64,000 nucleotides of DNA from Dimorphilus gyrociliatus (lineage: Eukaryota; Animalia; Annelida). Positions 24,766 through 37,281 of the stretch are shown here, piece after piece. Both the position numbers and the translations under genes were made by a program. The DNA lies in assembly GCA_904063045.1 (NCBI GenBank), contig CAJFCJ010000007.1, positions 2,177,404 through 2,241,403 of the forward strand. Reading direction: 5' to 3'. Below the pieces are notes generated by a model that saw only the letters and a list, made by a program, of their open reading frames with translations, was not told the origin of the DNA and did no database searches. Position 1 is the first letter of the stretch, and the number at the start of each line of letters is the position of its first letter.

Positions 24766-27700
24766 CTAAAACCGAGTAGTTTTAGGTGTAGACAAGCTCT
24801 CCTGAAAAATAGAACAAGAAAAAGACATAAATAACACACATACGTATATTTTTAGAACTAGTCATTGGTTGATTGTAAATTTTTGATATTTACGATTTTT
24901 ATTGTCACTTAACGGACGTCGTTCCAGCTACCATACGAGCTAGATAGTCGGTAGATACTTCCAGATCTTTCATTGCGTCTTCAAAATTTGAAATTAAACT
25001 ATTCGATCTGTCAATATTTTAATATTTATAAATATTATTATAAGTGTTAATAATCATAAAAAGCAGAAAGCTAACTCAATTTTTTCGGTTGTGAACTGTT
25101 CAACTACTTTGAATTTTCTACTATTAACCAATTCTGTTTCTGGTGAATTGGAGGATTTATTATCGGTGTCGAATTCAATATTTTCAGCAGGCTAAAAAAT
25201 AAAAAAAGTAGTAAATATTTTTTAAATTTCTATTTATAGATTAAAACCAAACCGTTTGATTTTCTCTAATTACAGTTGTCATCAATTCTTGTGTCTCCTT
25301 TATTAAGTTTTCAATTTCACATGTCTGATATATGACTTTTCTATAAATATCTCTGAAATTAAAAAAAGAAACCACGTATTATTGCGTTAAAATAAAATAT
25401 AGTATCTAACATACCTGTACCATTTGTGATTCTTTTCGGATAAAGATTTCCACGATTTATAACATACGTCCATTAATATTGAATAACTTAATGCGCAATA
25501 TTCAGCCAATTTATTCCTTTCGAACTTGTGTATTTGTTCTTCGTTATACGTTAATTTTCCTTTAGTTTTATTAGCTTTAAATATAAAAAGAGATTTTTCA
25601 CCGTGAAAAACATGAACGGATATTTTCTCTTTACTAAAAAATGAAAAAGACAGTTTATCAAATTATTCTATAGAATAGGATAGTTCGTTTAAATACCACG
25701 AATCCGTGTCTTGACAACGACTAGAAAGATAAGGTTTCTTATCAATATCTCTGCTTAATTTCAAATTAATATCCTTAATGGAGTCTATCTAAAATTAGAT
25801 AAGTGAAATTTATAAATAAAAAGAGCATTCGTTTATTCCTAAGTACCTTATTTTGTATCGAACGTCGTAGACCTGGAGATACTCTTATGTAGTTTAACAG
25901 CTGTTCATTAATTGAAAGATGTTCAACTTTTCCTTGTATAGTTGTTACGTATTTCCTACTCATAGCTGTCAAATGACTACAGCAATCTAAAAAACGAATA
26001 TATAGTTCAATAATCCATTATTATACTTGAATAAATTATACCTGCTAAAATATTCATACAATGATGTAATTCCTTACTCCTTCTCAAAAAGAAATGTAGC
26101 ATACCGCAAATCCTTTTTGAAACGTTTAAATCATCTTCACAATTTATACCAGGTTGAAATAGAGGTAATACAATGTCAAGTTTAAAATTTTGCATTTCAC
26201 TTTCGATAAAATTTTTTGGAATGACCATTATAGGCTTATCCTTGGTTGTTGCAGGAATACTCGTTAAATGAGTTATACTTTCGCCGTTAAATATTAAACG
26301 CTTATCATGTAATACGTCTTCGTTATCTTCGTAAATCTTTTTTTTTAAATTTTCAATAGTAAAACTATTTCAAAAGCAAATCATAAAACTCATTTAGATT
26401 TATAAGAAATTGAATAATCTTAAATAGCTTACTTGCTCTCTTCAACGAAAATATGACATATACTACAGGATTCGAAAAGGAAAACATATACGATTTTCTT
26501 TTCTACAAGATCTTTAACGGCTCTGAAATAGTCTCCACATTCCCAAGGTCTTCTAACGCTTAATAGACCACGTAAAATTTTTGTAATTTCACGTTTTCCG
26601 CCTCTAAATTAAAGAAAAACAACAATAACTAATTTATATCTTAAGGAACAATAACTAATAAGAAAATTACTTAGATAATCGAATATCATTCGGTAATTCG
26701 GTAAAATATGAAATTTTTTTGTTTACTGGATCTTGTACAGCCGAAAGAGCATCATCAGGTTTCTTTGTTATAATTTTATATAGAGACTCTCTATCTTTTC
26801 TTCCTTCGTGAGCTTTAAAAGGAAGTCTACCAGTAGCTATGTGATAAATTGTGCACCCAATGCTCCATAAATCCGTATTATATTTAAAATGTCTCTCTGA
26901 TCCCCTATATTGCCTTGGTGCAAGGGCTTCCTTAAATATTTCAGGATGTAAAAATTCTTCCGTACCATACAGAGATTTAAAACCTTCATCTTGCTCTGAT
27001 AAAATTTTCGCAGCACCAAAATCGGCAAGTTTAAAAATTTCTCTACCATCTTCTGTGAATGTTCTAGTAAAGAGAGAGAGAGAGAGAGAAAGAGGGGAAA
27101 AAAAGATATAAAACTCTCCAATTAATAAACTAAAAACGAACATTTCAATATTTAAAAGAAAGCTTATCTAAAATAGATTTTAATACAAATATAGAATAAA
27201 TTAATGAAAAATAGATTAGCTTTATTTATCCCAGTTCGTTAATAAAGAAATTGTGCGAAAATAAATACCATATTTACTTTAATTAAAGATAATTTTACAC
27301 AGTAGTTTCATTTATCTTTCAATAAGAATAATTTCTATTCAGGTGAATCTTATGTGCCTAATCTGTTTGGGATTATCTCTTCTACTGTATAAGAAATCAT
27401 AGTACTTTCTTATTTATAAAAATATCCCTTTAATGTTCTTCTAAGGAATTAAATCTAAACGTTACTACCTTCAATAATTTTTCCTTTTTTTTCTACTATT
27501 TTATATTTCCGGGAAAATACTCATTTTGACCTTTGTTGTTCGTAATCTGATAAGCTAGCTTTATATACCTAAAAGCTTTGACTACGTTTATTAATTGATT
27601 ACCTTAGAATGTTTCCTGGTTTAATGTCTCTGTGAACAATGTTATTAGAGAAAAGATATTCAACTGCATCTTTCAAGTGCTTTAGCACCAACAACACTCT

Positions 27701-28102
27701 CTTCTCGCTTAAGCCACATAAATTTTCCGGTTGTTCTATCAAACTATGTAGGTTTGAACCAGAGCAATATTCTAATATAGCGATATCATCTTGTGTTACT
27801 GTTTCCTTCTCTTGTCCAAAAAATTGTACAATATTTTCATGTTTAACAGTTTGTAAGAGTTCAAATTCCCTTAATTTTATAATTAGTGGTCGTGCGTCTG
27901 CTTTTTGAAAAAATACTTTCAAAGCATATTTCTCTCCAGTCTTTTTATGTCTGCCTAAGAAGACAGTTGCTGTTGCTCCAGCTCCAAGTTTATCGTTTGA
28001 GTAGAATATATAGTTTTCAGTTCCTCTTAAAGACACTTTTTGAGTACTACTCGTTGCTCCAGACTCCGCAGGAACTTTCTTTGAACCATCTTTGGTGTTC
28101 AT
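24766..28102 (-). CDS. TBK1: TBK1/IKK-epsilon-like Ser/Thr kinase, multi-exon (3' end approximate)
   Basis: LGAGATATVFLGRHKKTGE, HRDIKPGNILR|TFTEDGREIFKLADFGAA, FKSLYGTEEFLHP (activation-loop Ser retained), DLWSIGCTIYHIATGRLPF, followed by ULD- and coiled-coil-like exons. Confidence 0.88.
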
Positions 28103-28542
28103 CTCAGATCATGAGACGGTATGATTTAGAATAGGAAGATATTAAATCAAACATACAAAATATTATACCTAAATTGCAGTCAATACTATAGCAAAATTGA
28201 TGAAACAATACGATTTCATATATAATTTATCCATACAATACATTTGAATTGTACAGCTCTGATAAGAAAGGTTTTAATGTAGCAAGAAGAATTTGATGAA
28301 TATGCTTGATGTAACCAGGTAATAATAACCATTTAACCACACATACAATATGTCAATACTCGCTGTGTATTATATTGATAAAAACAAAAACACTAGCTTT
28401 TACAGTTGAATAGCTCTAGTAAGCGATTAAAAAAAAGCATTTTTTAAATGTATAACATAACAATTAGTGTTTTTGATGATTTTGGAAAAATTGGACTAAA
28501 ACATGTAAAAGTATTTAAAAAATAAAAAGTAAAATAAAGTTA

Positions 28543-29851
28543 TCAAAAAATTCTTTCTTTCGGTTTTGGTAGTATAAGGATTTTGGAAATATCAAACTTT
28601 TGTTTGGCATCCAAAATTCCAAAAGGATCGTTTCTTCTACCGGCCCAAGTGTGAGTCCAATGATGATCTATATAATGATATAGAAATCATTATCGGTAAG
28701 TTAATGACTGTTGTGAACAAACCTGTATAGACTTTTGGTTTATCAGAGAAGTTTCTTCGACTCCTTGGTTTTAAAATCTTGTCGCATAATCTTGCCTGGC
28801 GTTCTTCGAAGTTTCTTGATGGGAATTCGTGACCTTGACTTTGAATGCAAACTTGTCTTATTTTATCAACCATTGACTCGTCCATTCTTGGGTGAAAGCT
28901 AACAGCGTCAGCTAAAAATAAGTCTGATGGGGCTTCTTTGAACCAGCTACCAGCTGTGTATGATCTATAGACCTCGGTCACAACGTATGGTCCTGTTGCG
29001 TGTAATACATCATTCCAATATAACAACCCGGCAGCCGATGACAACTTTTGTAACAAACTTTTAAAGAAAGGATGCTTCTTTCGACAACCCATTAGCGCGT
29101 TCGATACTAAGGGAGGCGAATGAAGATCGCTCAAAAAGTGAGCGTGTTCCTCAGGTTCTTGAGATAAAATGCAGTCTTTCTCCAAGAATACCTCATCAAC
29201 ATTGTTGATGGCCTCCATATCTAAGTCGGCGTATAAACCTCCGTCATGATATAGCAGAATGTATCTAAATGCATCGTTTCTATACGCTTGATGTGGATAA
29301 GAATCATACAACTTTAGAAGATCGGGACTATTTATTTTCACATAGAGTCGCATTTCTTCATCCGTCCAGAACTTGTATTCCCATTCAGGATGTTTTTCCA
29401 ACCAACTGAAATAGTCTTTCGTTAGTTTTATGTTGAAATCTTTAACTGGTATATTAGAATATCTTAAATCATCTGTCATTGGTTTTTCAACTACTTTCCT
29501 CTTATAAAAGTATCTAAATGTATTATTAGCGACAGAATCGTTTAGAAAAAGATTTGATAATATTTTATATAATCTAAAATTTGCGTGCCTTAATATCCAA
29601 AAACGTAAAGCTTCTGGTACACTTAAAGATTTCCATGTTTGATGAATTACTCGCGGTATTTTCAAGTTGGATGCAGATCGTTCACGTGGTTTTATAACAA
29701 CCGTTGGAATGTAAGGATAAACCTCGTAGTTATTACTATATGCAAAATATCTCAGAAGACAAAAAATAACTGTTATAGCTATAACAGTAACAGCTCCAAT
29801 TTTTTGACGCCGATTTAGAGTTCTAGTAAGATTAAAGATAAAAAGCGTCAT
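28543..29851 (-). CDS. GT32-family (DXD, OCH1/SUR1-like) glycosyltransferase, type II membrane
   Basis: N-terminal TM, IPRVIHQTWKS, WEYKFWTD, RNDAFRYILLYHDGGLYADLD (DXD), SNALMG, ATGP. The last exon (after an intron near 28675-28727) supplies VYT|DHHWTHTW...ERIF*. Start could be further upstream. Confidence 0.88.
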
Positions 29852-32083
29852 TTTATTTTTGTACGATTTAAGTGAACTACGCGAATTAAATACAATTCGC
29901 AGAGTTCGTTGGAAAACAACATTAAATTTTCTGAAATTATCCGAAGCAATCATATATGCTTTGGATATTTCTTCTTTTATTTCGATGTCAATAGACAAGC
30001 ATCACTTTAATGGTAATTTTTCATCATCTTATTTCATAAGTATGATAAAACCACAATTTATATTCAAAACCATATCGAAACCTGATCCAAAGACAACATT
30101 GACAATGTCCACAATAGTTTATAGGAAAGAACTATTAGTAAAATTACTAGCTCAACCGCTGATGATCCCTGGTTCAATTTTTTTTTGTCAACGTTTTCAT
30201 TTGTTTGCCACCATTTCAATTGTCAATGATAATCCAATATACTTTCTATCAAATATGAATGGTACGATGCGTAATAAAATAGGGTAGAAATACACTGTTT
30301 ATTGAAATAAGAATTTATAATGTTCGCTTTGAAAGTTAAACTTTTTTGTTAAATTTCTAGTGAAACGTGAATCTACGTCTTTTGTCTTTCGCCCTACAGT
30401 ATTTCATGTTTAAATAAAAACATCCGGCTTTGACTAGAAAGATAGAGTAATAAAAAAAAGCTTTTATTCGCATTTGGCAAAAAGGTTTTTTTTTTTAAAT
30501 TATAGGTCGTGGAATGAAAGACTAATGAATCCTTTCATCTTACATATTTATTTTATGTGAAGAAACAATAGATTTTAAGGAATCACTGTTTACCTATAAA
30601 AGTGTGAAATTTTTTGTCACTTGAGTGGACAACAAAGTGAAGCTGCGTAAAAGGTAAACACTGTACGTCAGTGGAAAACGCCATTAGATGGTCTAATAAA
30701 TCACCCGAAAATTTTGTCATGTGGAAAATGCTATGGAAAGAACCAATTATACAGGAATCCAAAATGTAACGAAGAATTAGGGTGGAAGAACGAAATAGTC
30801 ACCTTTTATTATAATTTATTATCGATGATTAGATAAGAGTTTTAAGGATTCATATAAATCTTGCGATTAATTGAACAAGATTAAGTTTACGCTTTTTATT
30901 TAATAGTATATATTTTATCGCTAGACGTTGTAAATTGAACATATGGAACCCTTCAAAAATGATCTTACATAAAGAAAAATTGCATATTAACAAATTGGGC
31001 TCTTTGTATAATTAGAAATATCAGTTTTTTTTCTAAATTCTCTTTAGTAATAATTAAAAGCTCTTTTTAACGTAATTATAAGTATAATAAGGCCCAGGAA
31101 ATATTTTACAACTTATTACCGCTCTATTCTTCATTCTATCCCATAATTTAGGATTTCGAAGAAACGTGGAAGAAGAAAAAAAAGAGAAAGAATTAAATCG
31201 TAACTATTTTCAGATAATCCCCTCCCTCCTCTCTCCTCCCTCAATAAGATTTTCTCTTCAATCTCCCAAATCAAATTCAGGATAAATTTATCGATGATTG
31301 TATTATCAAGGATAATTCATAACTTAGATCTTGAGAAATGTAATAAGGATAAAAGAAAAAAAAACATCATTATTGTTTTCCTAAAGCAGATAGCATTAAC
31401 AGTAATTGTCATTGGACAGTAATTCTATTAGATTAGTATATTGTAAAATAAAATAAAAAGCATTAAAAAAAAAGGGAGGGGGAGATGAGTGAATAATATC
31501 GAAAGAGAATAGAGTTAATTCATCATCCAATGAACTATATACAACGAATGACCGTCGTATAGCTGGCTTTGACAGAATCGTCACTAATGGATCATTTTAA
31601 TGGCTCTTTTGTGAAAGGTTTTATATAATACAAATAATTATATAAAAATATGTCAACTGAATAACAATTTAAGCCTACACAAAATATTTTTTTTTCATTT
31701 AAAAGTGAAATATAAATGATAAATTATATTTCCAAATAATTCCCTAAATCTAATTAAAATTGTATATTTAAATGAGACGCTACGTGTTTAGCATCCATAT
31801 TCTGATATGGTGTTTTTCTAATTATTGAATTTTTTTTTGTACATGTTTAGCATCGGTGGTTTTCTATTAAAAAGATAACCCAAATAGAGATTTACACTTT
31901 TCTCTTTTATATTTTCACATAATATAATATAGGATTAATATTTGAAAAAAAAATAAAAAGCATTGTTTTGAATGTGACCAGCATACAAGCTTAATTATCC
32001 TTGGACGGATGTGTGACCAAATAAAAACAAGAACAGATTGAAAAGATTGAGAAAGACAAACTGCACGAAATTGATTATAATAT

Positions 32084-32835
32084 TTAGCGAAGAGCTTGTA
32101 AAGTTATTTGTGAACGTTTTTGTGCTTCTTTACTATTTGCCAAGACATCACCGTCTTGAGCAACACCCAAAGCGGCATTTCCATCTCCTGTCGGTAGTTC
32201 GCACTGTCTATCAGCCATTTTTATACCACTGGTCAGAGCTTTAGGTAAATCGTGACTATCGTTGTCTGACTGCGTAAAATAAGAACGTGTTTTATGCGAG
32301 ATAAAGTAAAAGATCAGAGAGTTCTTACCTTTATGATACCCAATTTCATCAACTTACTTCGAGGTGTCGGTTTGAAATTAAGTGCTGCGAACAGCGGCCA
32401 TATTTTCGGTGAGATAGAAGCAAAATCTTTTGCTGTTCGACCCTCGCTGTCGGGTAATTCCGGTTGCGCTCCCTTGTTTAATAACACCATCACGATCTGT
32501 CGTATGTTACAAATTACAAAAGCAAGTGTATTGTAAACAATCACTCTTGCAATGTCAGCACTTACGGGGCCGTGTTCCTGGAAGCAGGCAGCGTGCAGAG
32601 GTGTCCACAGAGTTCCTTTGTTCTGATTGTCAATGTTAACTAACGAATAACAATTAAACTTTTAGAATTATTTGACAATTATTAGATTTATGAAGAATAT
32701 TATACCATTCTTAGCGATTACAGCTTCAACAATTTGCTTAAAACCCCAAAAGCAAGCTATATAGAGCTGGCTAGAAAGTGCTTCAAAGTCCGATGTCGGT
32801 ATAGAGAGGCTTTCACGGATAAATTTTTCAACAAA
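32084..32835 (-). CDS. Ankyrin-repeat protein (5' exon(s) unresolved)
   Basis: Spliced LYIACFWGFKQIVEAVI...NKGTLWTPLHAACFQEHGP|IVMVLLNKGAQPELPDSEGRTAKDFA...|SDNDSH...QDGDVLAN...LQALR*. Confidence 0.75.
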
Positions 32836-34651
32836 CTGCGAGAAAAAATAGGCTATAAGAAGATTTTAGGATTCAACTGTGTGTTAGAAGATGTTGTGCC
32901 AAAACTATTAATGAGAAAATTTTCTGAAATAAATCCTATTGTGAAATAATAAAACGCTTTAGCGTTATATTAGACGGATTGTTCATTACGATAGTATTAT
33001 TCCAATATTTAATTCAAAAATTCCCCATATTCTTTATCTCCTCGCATTAGACCAATTGGAATAATGTACATACCACTTAAAAGCACGTTGCATAAATAGT
33101 ACTTATTACACAGTGGTTGATTGGGTTAAAGGCTCTTTACTTTAGGAAAAGTTCAACCATTTATAATCTCCGAAACAAATCTATATTTTAATTTATTTTC
33201 TTTAGTAAAGAAAAATATCTTCTATCATCAATAATTACTTAGACCTTCGTTTTTTTGTTGCTTTCAACTTAATGATATATTTTTCTCTTTCGGCTCCAAT
33301 CCTTCTAAATTTTCTGTATCAATTTCCGGAATTAAACTAGCTAACCCATAATAATTGTTTTCTTAAATAACCTCAGTAGAACTACATTTCTTTTTTATAT
33401 AAAAAATCATTTTGGTTTAATTTTTTATCTACTCCGTTTCTTTATAAAATAGCTTTGAAAATCTGTATTATGTTGATAAATCAAGCATAAAAAATAAGTA
33501 CTTAAAGTCTGTTTTTAGTCTTATAATTAAAAAATAATTGTTACATGCAAAAAAAAGACCGCAGCGTACAATATTTAATAATATTGCGAAAACAGACCAT
33601 TATAAATAAAATTTAATGGAAAATATGAAAAAAAGCGATATTAAAAATGAATTATTAGTAACTTTAACTTGAGAGTAATAAATGTTTGAAGAACCTATTT
33701 AAAAGTCGTGTATTCTATTGGTTGATATTGTGATCGTAACTAAACGCCTCATTTTAATTAGCGTTAGTTAGCCCATTACTCTGCAAGATATAAATAAACA
33801 AAAACATTTTTTTTAACATTTAAGTAATACATATATATATACTAAAATATATATATAAAAGGAAATATACATATATATGTATTATATGTCTAAGCATACC
33901 GTAGTAAACCTGTAACATGGGTAAATATGAAATTCAAACACAATAATAATGATAATAAAAACAATGTACGTAATTGTGGCTACATGCACTAAATGAAGCT
34001 GAAATAAAAATGAACTAGATATCCTATATGATCGATAGATTAGGTTGACGTGAACAACATTGCCTTATATAAATTTATAGATAATGTACCTGTACCAAAA
34101 ATATCTATAGATCAAGTTTAATACCTTACAATCTTCAAAACTCAACCAAATCTAGAAATAAAAACGGCGAAATTATTACCCGTAGTCCGCGAAATTATGG
34201 GACATAACGAAAATAAGAATGAAATTAAAATGATCAGGAAGGTAAATTATACAGTAGTGAACCTATTTAGAGAGATGATAACGTTCTACCTTTTCATCTC
34301 CTTGTTGAGCGAGCGTTGACAGGGCCTTGACGTCGACCTTGGCCTTTTTTAATTGTACTTTTAAATCTGAAAGAATGGTATCAGAATTCTTCAGAGACGC
34401 CATATTTGGCTAGGTTCTTAAATTACTTAATTAAAAAGATCACTTTTTACTTCTAACTTGTTTTTTTTAAGGAAAATAAATAACCTATTTAAGTCTAAAG
34501 AGAAAAAAAAACTTTTAATTATGAATTGCAGATGATCCAGTCAGCATTCAGTGGGGTACATAACTATCAGCCATTTGATGGGCGTGTCTATGTAAGGCGC
34601 ACCTGAAACTTGGCAAACAAGCCGACAAAAGGGCATTAAAAATAATAGAAC

Positions 34652-35679
34652 ATGGGTGATGCCATTTGCGAGAGCGCCGAAGCGGATAGTTCCATCTCGA
34701 CGCCCAAACTCAAATCGTATGCAAAATTGTTGCTGAACACTTCAAAGCTGTCCGAGGACCACGGAAGCATGGAAGAGACTGAACAGAAGGAAACTGAGTC
34801 GGATATTAACGCTAATCAAGAAGACTTACCTCCGCCTCCACCGGAAAATGAAGCAGAGAAATGCCAAGAAAACTCAGCAGAATGTGAAAAAGATGGTGAA
34901 AACGAAAGTGTTGACGAGACAAAAGTTGAAGTTGAAGCTAATGTTGAAGTTGAAGAGAACGAAGAGCAGCAAGACAACGAAAACGCTGAAGAAAGTAAAC
35001 TTGAGCAGGAAAATGAAGCGAATGAAAACAACGAACCTGAAGATGAGCAACAGTCCGGAGATGTTGCTGAAGACAAAGTAGAAGTTGAAAAAGACAACGA
35101 ATCAGATAACAAAGAAGAAAAAGATGAAAATACAGACGAAACAGATCCAATCGAAGAAGAAAAGACCATTGATGATAAGGAAGATGAAGGCGAGGAAAAG
35201 AAGATAAACGGCGAATTAAAGAATGAATTAGACGATAAAGAAAACAAAACCGAAGAAGATGAAGAAGAGAAAGACAACGAACCAGAAAGAAATGGCAAAA
35301 AATTGGAAAGAAAGGGTGGCAGTAGGAAAATTGTTCGTAATCAACCTGCAACAGAAAATGAGAATGATAAACCATCCGAGTTGGAGATAAAGAATGATAT
35401 TTGTCCAGAATGTAAGGTAAAGTTTTTACTAATTTCAATAATATACAGTATTCGATTTATTTTAAAGTTCGATTTTAAAATATTCAAAACAAGTACCAGA
35501 TAAGGTACAAAATAAGTATTTACAATTTATTAATTAATTCGTAAAAATAGAAAGGTGAGTTGGTGGAAAGACGCAAAAGAAGTTGCCTGATTCCCGCGGT
35601 GATTTGTTGCCCTTGCGGAACTATTGGATATCTCATGTCAAGAGAGAAGTTTTGTAACGCATGCAAGAAAGTATTCTAA
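34652..35679 (+). CDS. Acidic low-complexity protein with C-terminal BRI3/DUF2367-like Cys-rich domain; intron ~35417-35550
   Basis: About 250 aa of E/D/N/K-rich sequence, then spliced DICPECK|KGELVERRKRSCLIPAVICCPCGTIGYLMSREKFCNACKKVF*, matching the BRI3 pattern CPxC-x-G...hydrophobic hairpin...CxxC-x3-F. Confidence 0.72.
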
Positions 35680-35849
35680 ATATTTTCTCTAATTAAAGTT
35701 TAATTAATGGCACAGATATGGAAAGCTTTTGAAAAACAAACAATGATTAATTCTGCATTATCTTCAATGTTGTATTTTTGCTTTTCGTCCACATGGCGTT
35801 TGCGTTTATGTAATCCTCTTTATACTTTATATACAAAGTATATTTATAG

Positions 35850-35887
<38 letters not shown>

Positions 35888-36066
35888 GTATATACTATAT
35901 CTATACGAATACAATCAAAGGCATATTATGTAATATATTCTGAATGTATAGATTTGTATATATTTTATAATATAGATTAACTCAATTTATATTATATATA
36001 AATATATACAGTCATTCGTTGCTCTCAGCTAAGTATGTGATAGAAGAGGCGTGCAATAAAAAATTT

Positions 36067-36381
36067 TTACAAGGCGTTAATGCTTTTCCTCACCATCTCT
36101 TTTAATTCATCGTCAACTGGTGCAGTAGCCAATAAATCTAACTGCAATTGTCTATTTTCAGAACCCCATATTAAAAAATTTCCCGATCCTAAACAGGAGC
36201 AATGACGATCGACGCTCATCAAAAAACCCCCATATCCGCTTCTTTCGATGCCCAAGCTTTTACTACATTTTTTCGCCTTCATTAACCGATTAATTAGTTT
36301 GCTGTGTTGAGTTCTATCCAAAGTCCAAACGGGATCAGAGAGGCCCGAAAAGATAAGCATAGTGACATTAATCCGTTTCAT
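36067..36381 (-). CDS. Orphan 104-aa ORF with globular-looking composition (IFSGxxDPxW...GYxGF...LQLxLL)
   Basis: ATG-initiated, non-low-complexity ORF. It may be the last exon of a larger gene with exons at ~36500-36830. Confidence 0.55.
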   Translation of the reverse strand: MKRINVTMLIFSGLSDPVWTLDRTQHSKLINRLMKAKKCSKSLGIERSGYGGFLMSVDRHCSCLGSGNFLIWGSENRQLQLDLLATAPVDDELKEMVRKSINAL

Positions 36382-37281
36382 TTCTTTTCAACTATCAACC
36401 ATAACTAAGAAGTCTGTTGGTGACGCGGAACGCTTAATAATTAAAGTCAATGAATATAGGTATATTCTCGAAAAATATATATTCATTTTTCCGTCTGTTG
36501 ACTCACCTGTCACCGGTATAAACTTGGCTTCTATTTTCTAAATTAATCCTCGTCGCCTATAATTATGCGTTACTTTTTTCGTTTGTTTGCACTGAGCAAA
36601 AAAATCGATTCTCGTAATTATTCTATATAGTAACGTACCATCTGCGCTGAGGAAGAAGTTTGTCACCGCTATGCCTGACTGACGCCGGCCGTCTGCGGCG
36701 CCCCCATATTTTCCAGACGCTGTCGTAATTTCTTGCTATCCATTCAGCGTTTATGTATATATGTAATTAGCTTAAAATACTCCTACACTTGCAACCTCTA
36801 TCCTTCAGCTTCAGCGGTTGCTTAGAAACAATGCACTTATAAAAATAGGAAGTTGAAAATTAGTTAATGGTCGAGTTTCCTAGGTAGAGTCATTCTTGAT
36901 TGAATATGTTTCATCTGTAATACAGCTGCAATAGAGAAAACAACCTCTCCTCCAATTAAATAGATTCTCAGGTAAAAAACGCCTTTTATACTGGGAAAAG
37001 TCTGTCTGTATATCATTAAAACCTATATGACAGTAGGGGAAAAACCTACTATTGAGTCTATATGTCATTTATAACGTGAATTATTTTATACAATTATAAC
37101 ATGCATAAATGGTATAATGCATTTCATTCTATGAATTGTGCATTATTATCACATTTTCTATAAGTGTGAAAAACAACTTTTTATGACTCTCTGATTCTAA
37201 AACTGATATATTAATTAATTCTTTCTGTAATAAGTTGCACATAAAAAGGTTAGAGAACATTCTATAATGTGAAGAATGTTA

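Noticed and set aside
29859-30287. 142-aa plus-strand ORF
   Set aside because: Overlaps the GT32 5' region antisense, has no recognisable motif and has AT-rich composition.
30594-30720. Minus-strand 42-codon segment (MTKFSGDLL...) ending at a GTAAAC donor
   Set aside because: No phase-compatible downstream coding exon was found; more likely a 5'UTR exon of the GT32 gene.
34816-35438. Minus-strand 160-aa and 166-aa ORFs
   Set aside because: Antisense shadows of the acidic low-complexity exon.
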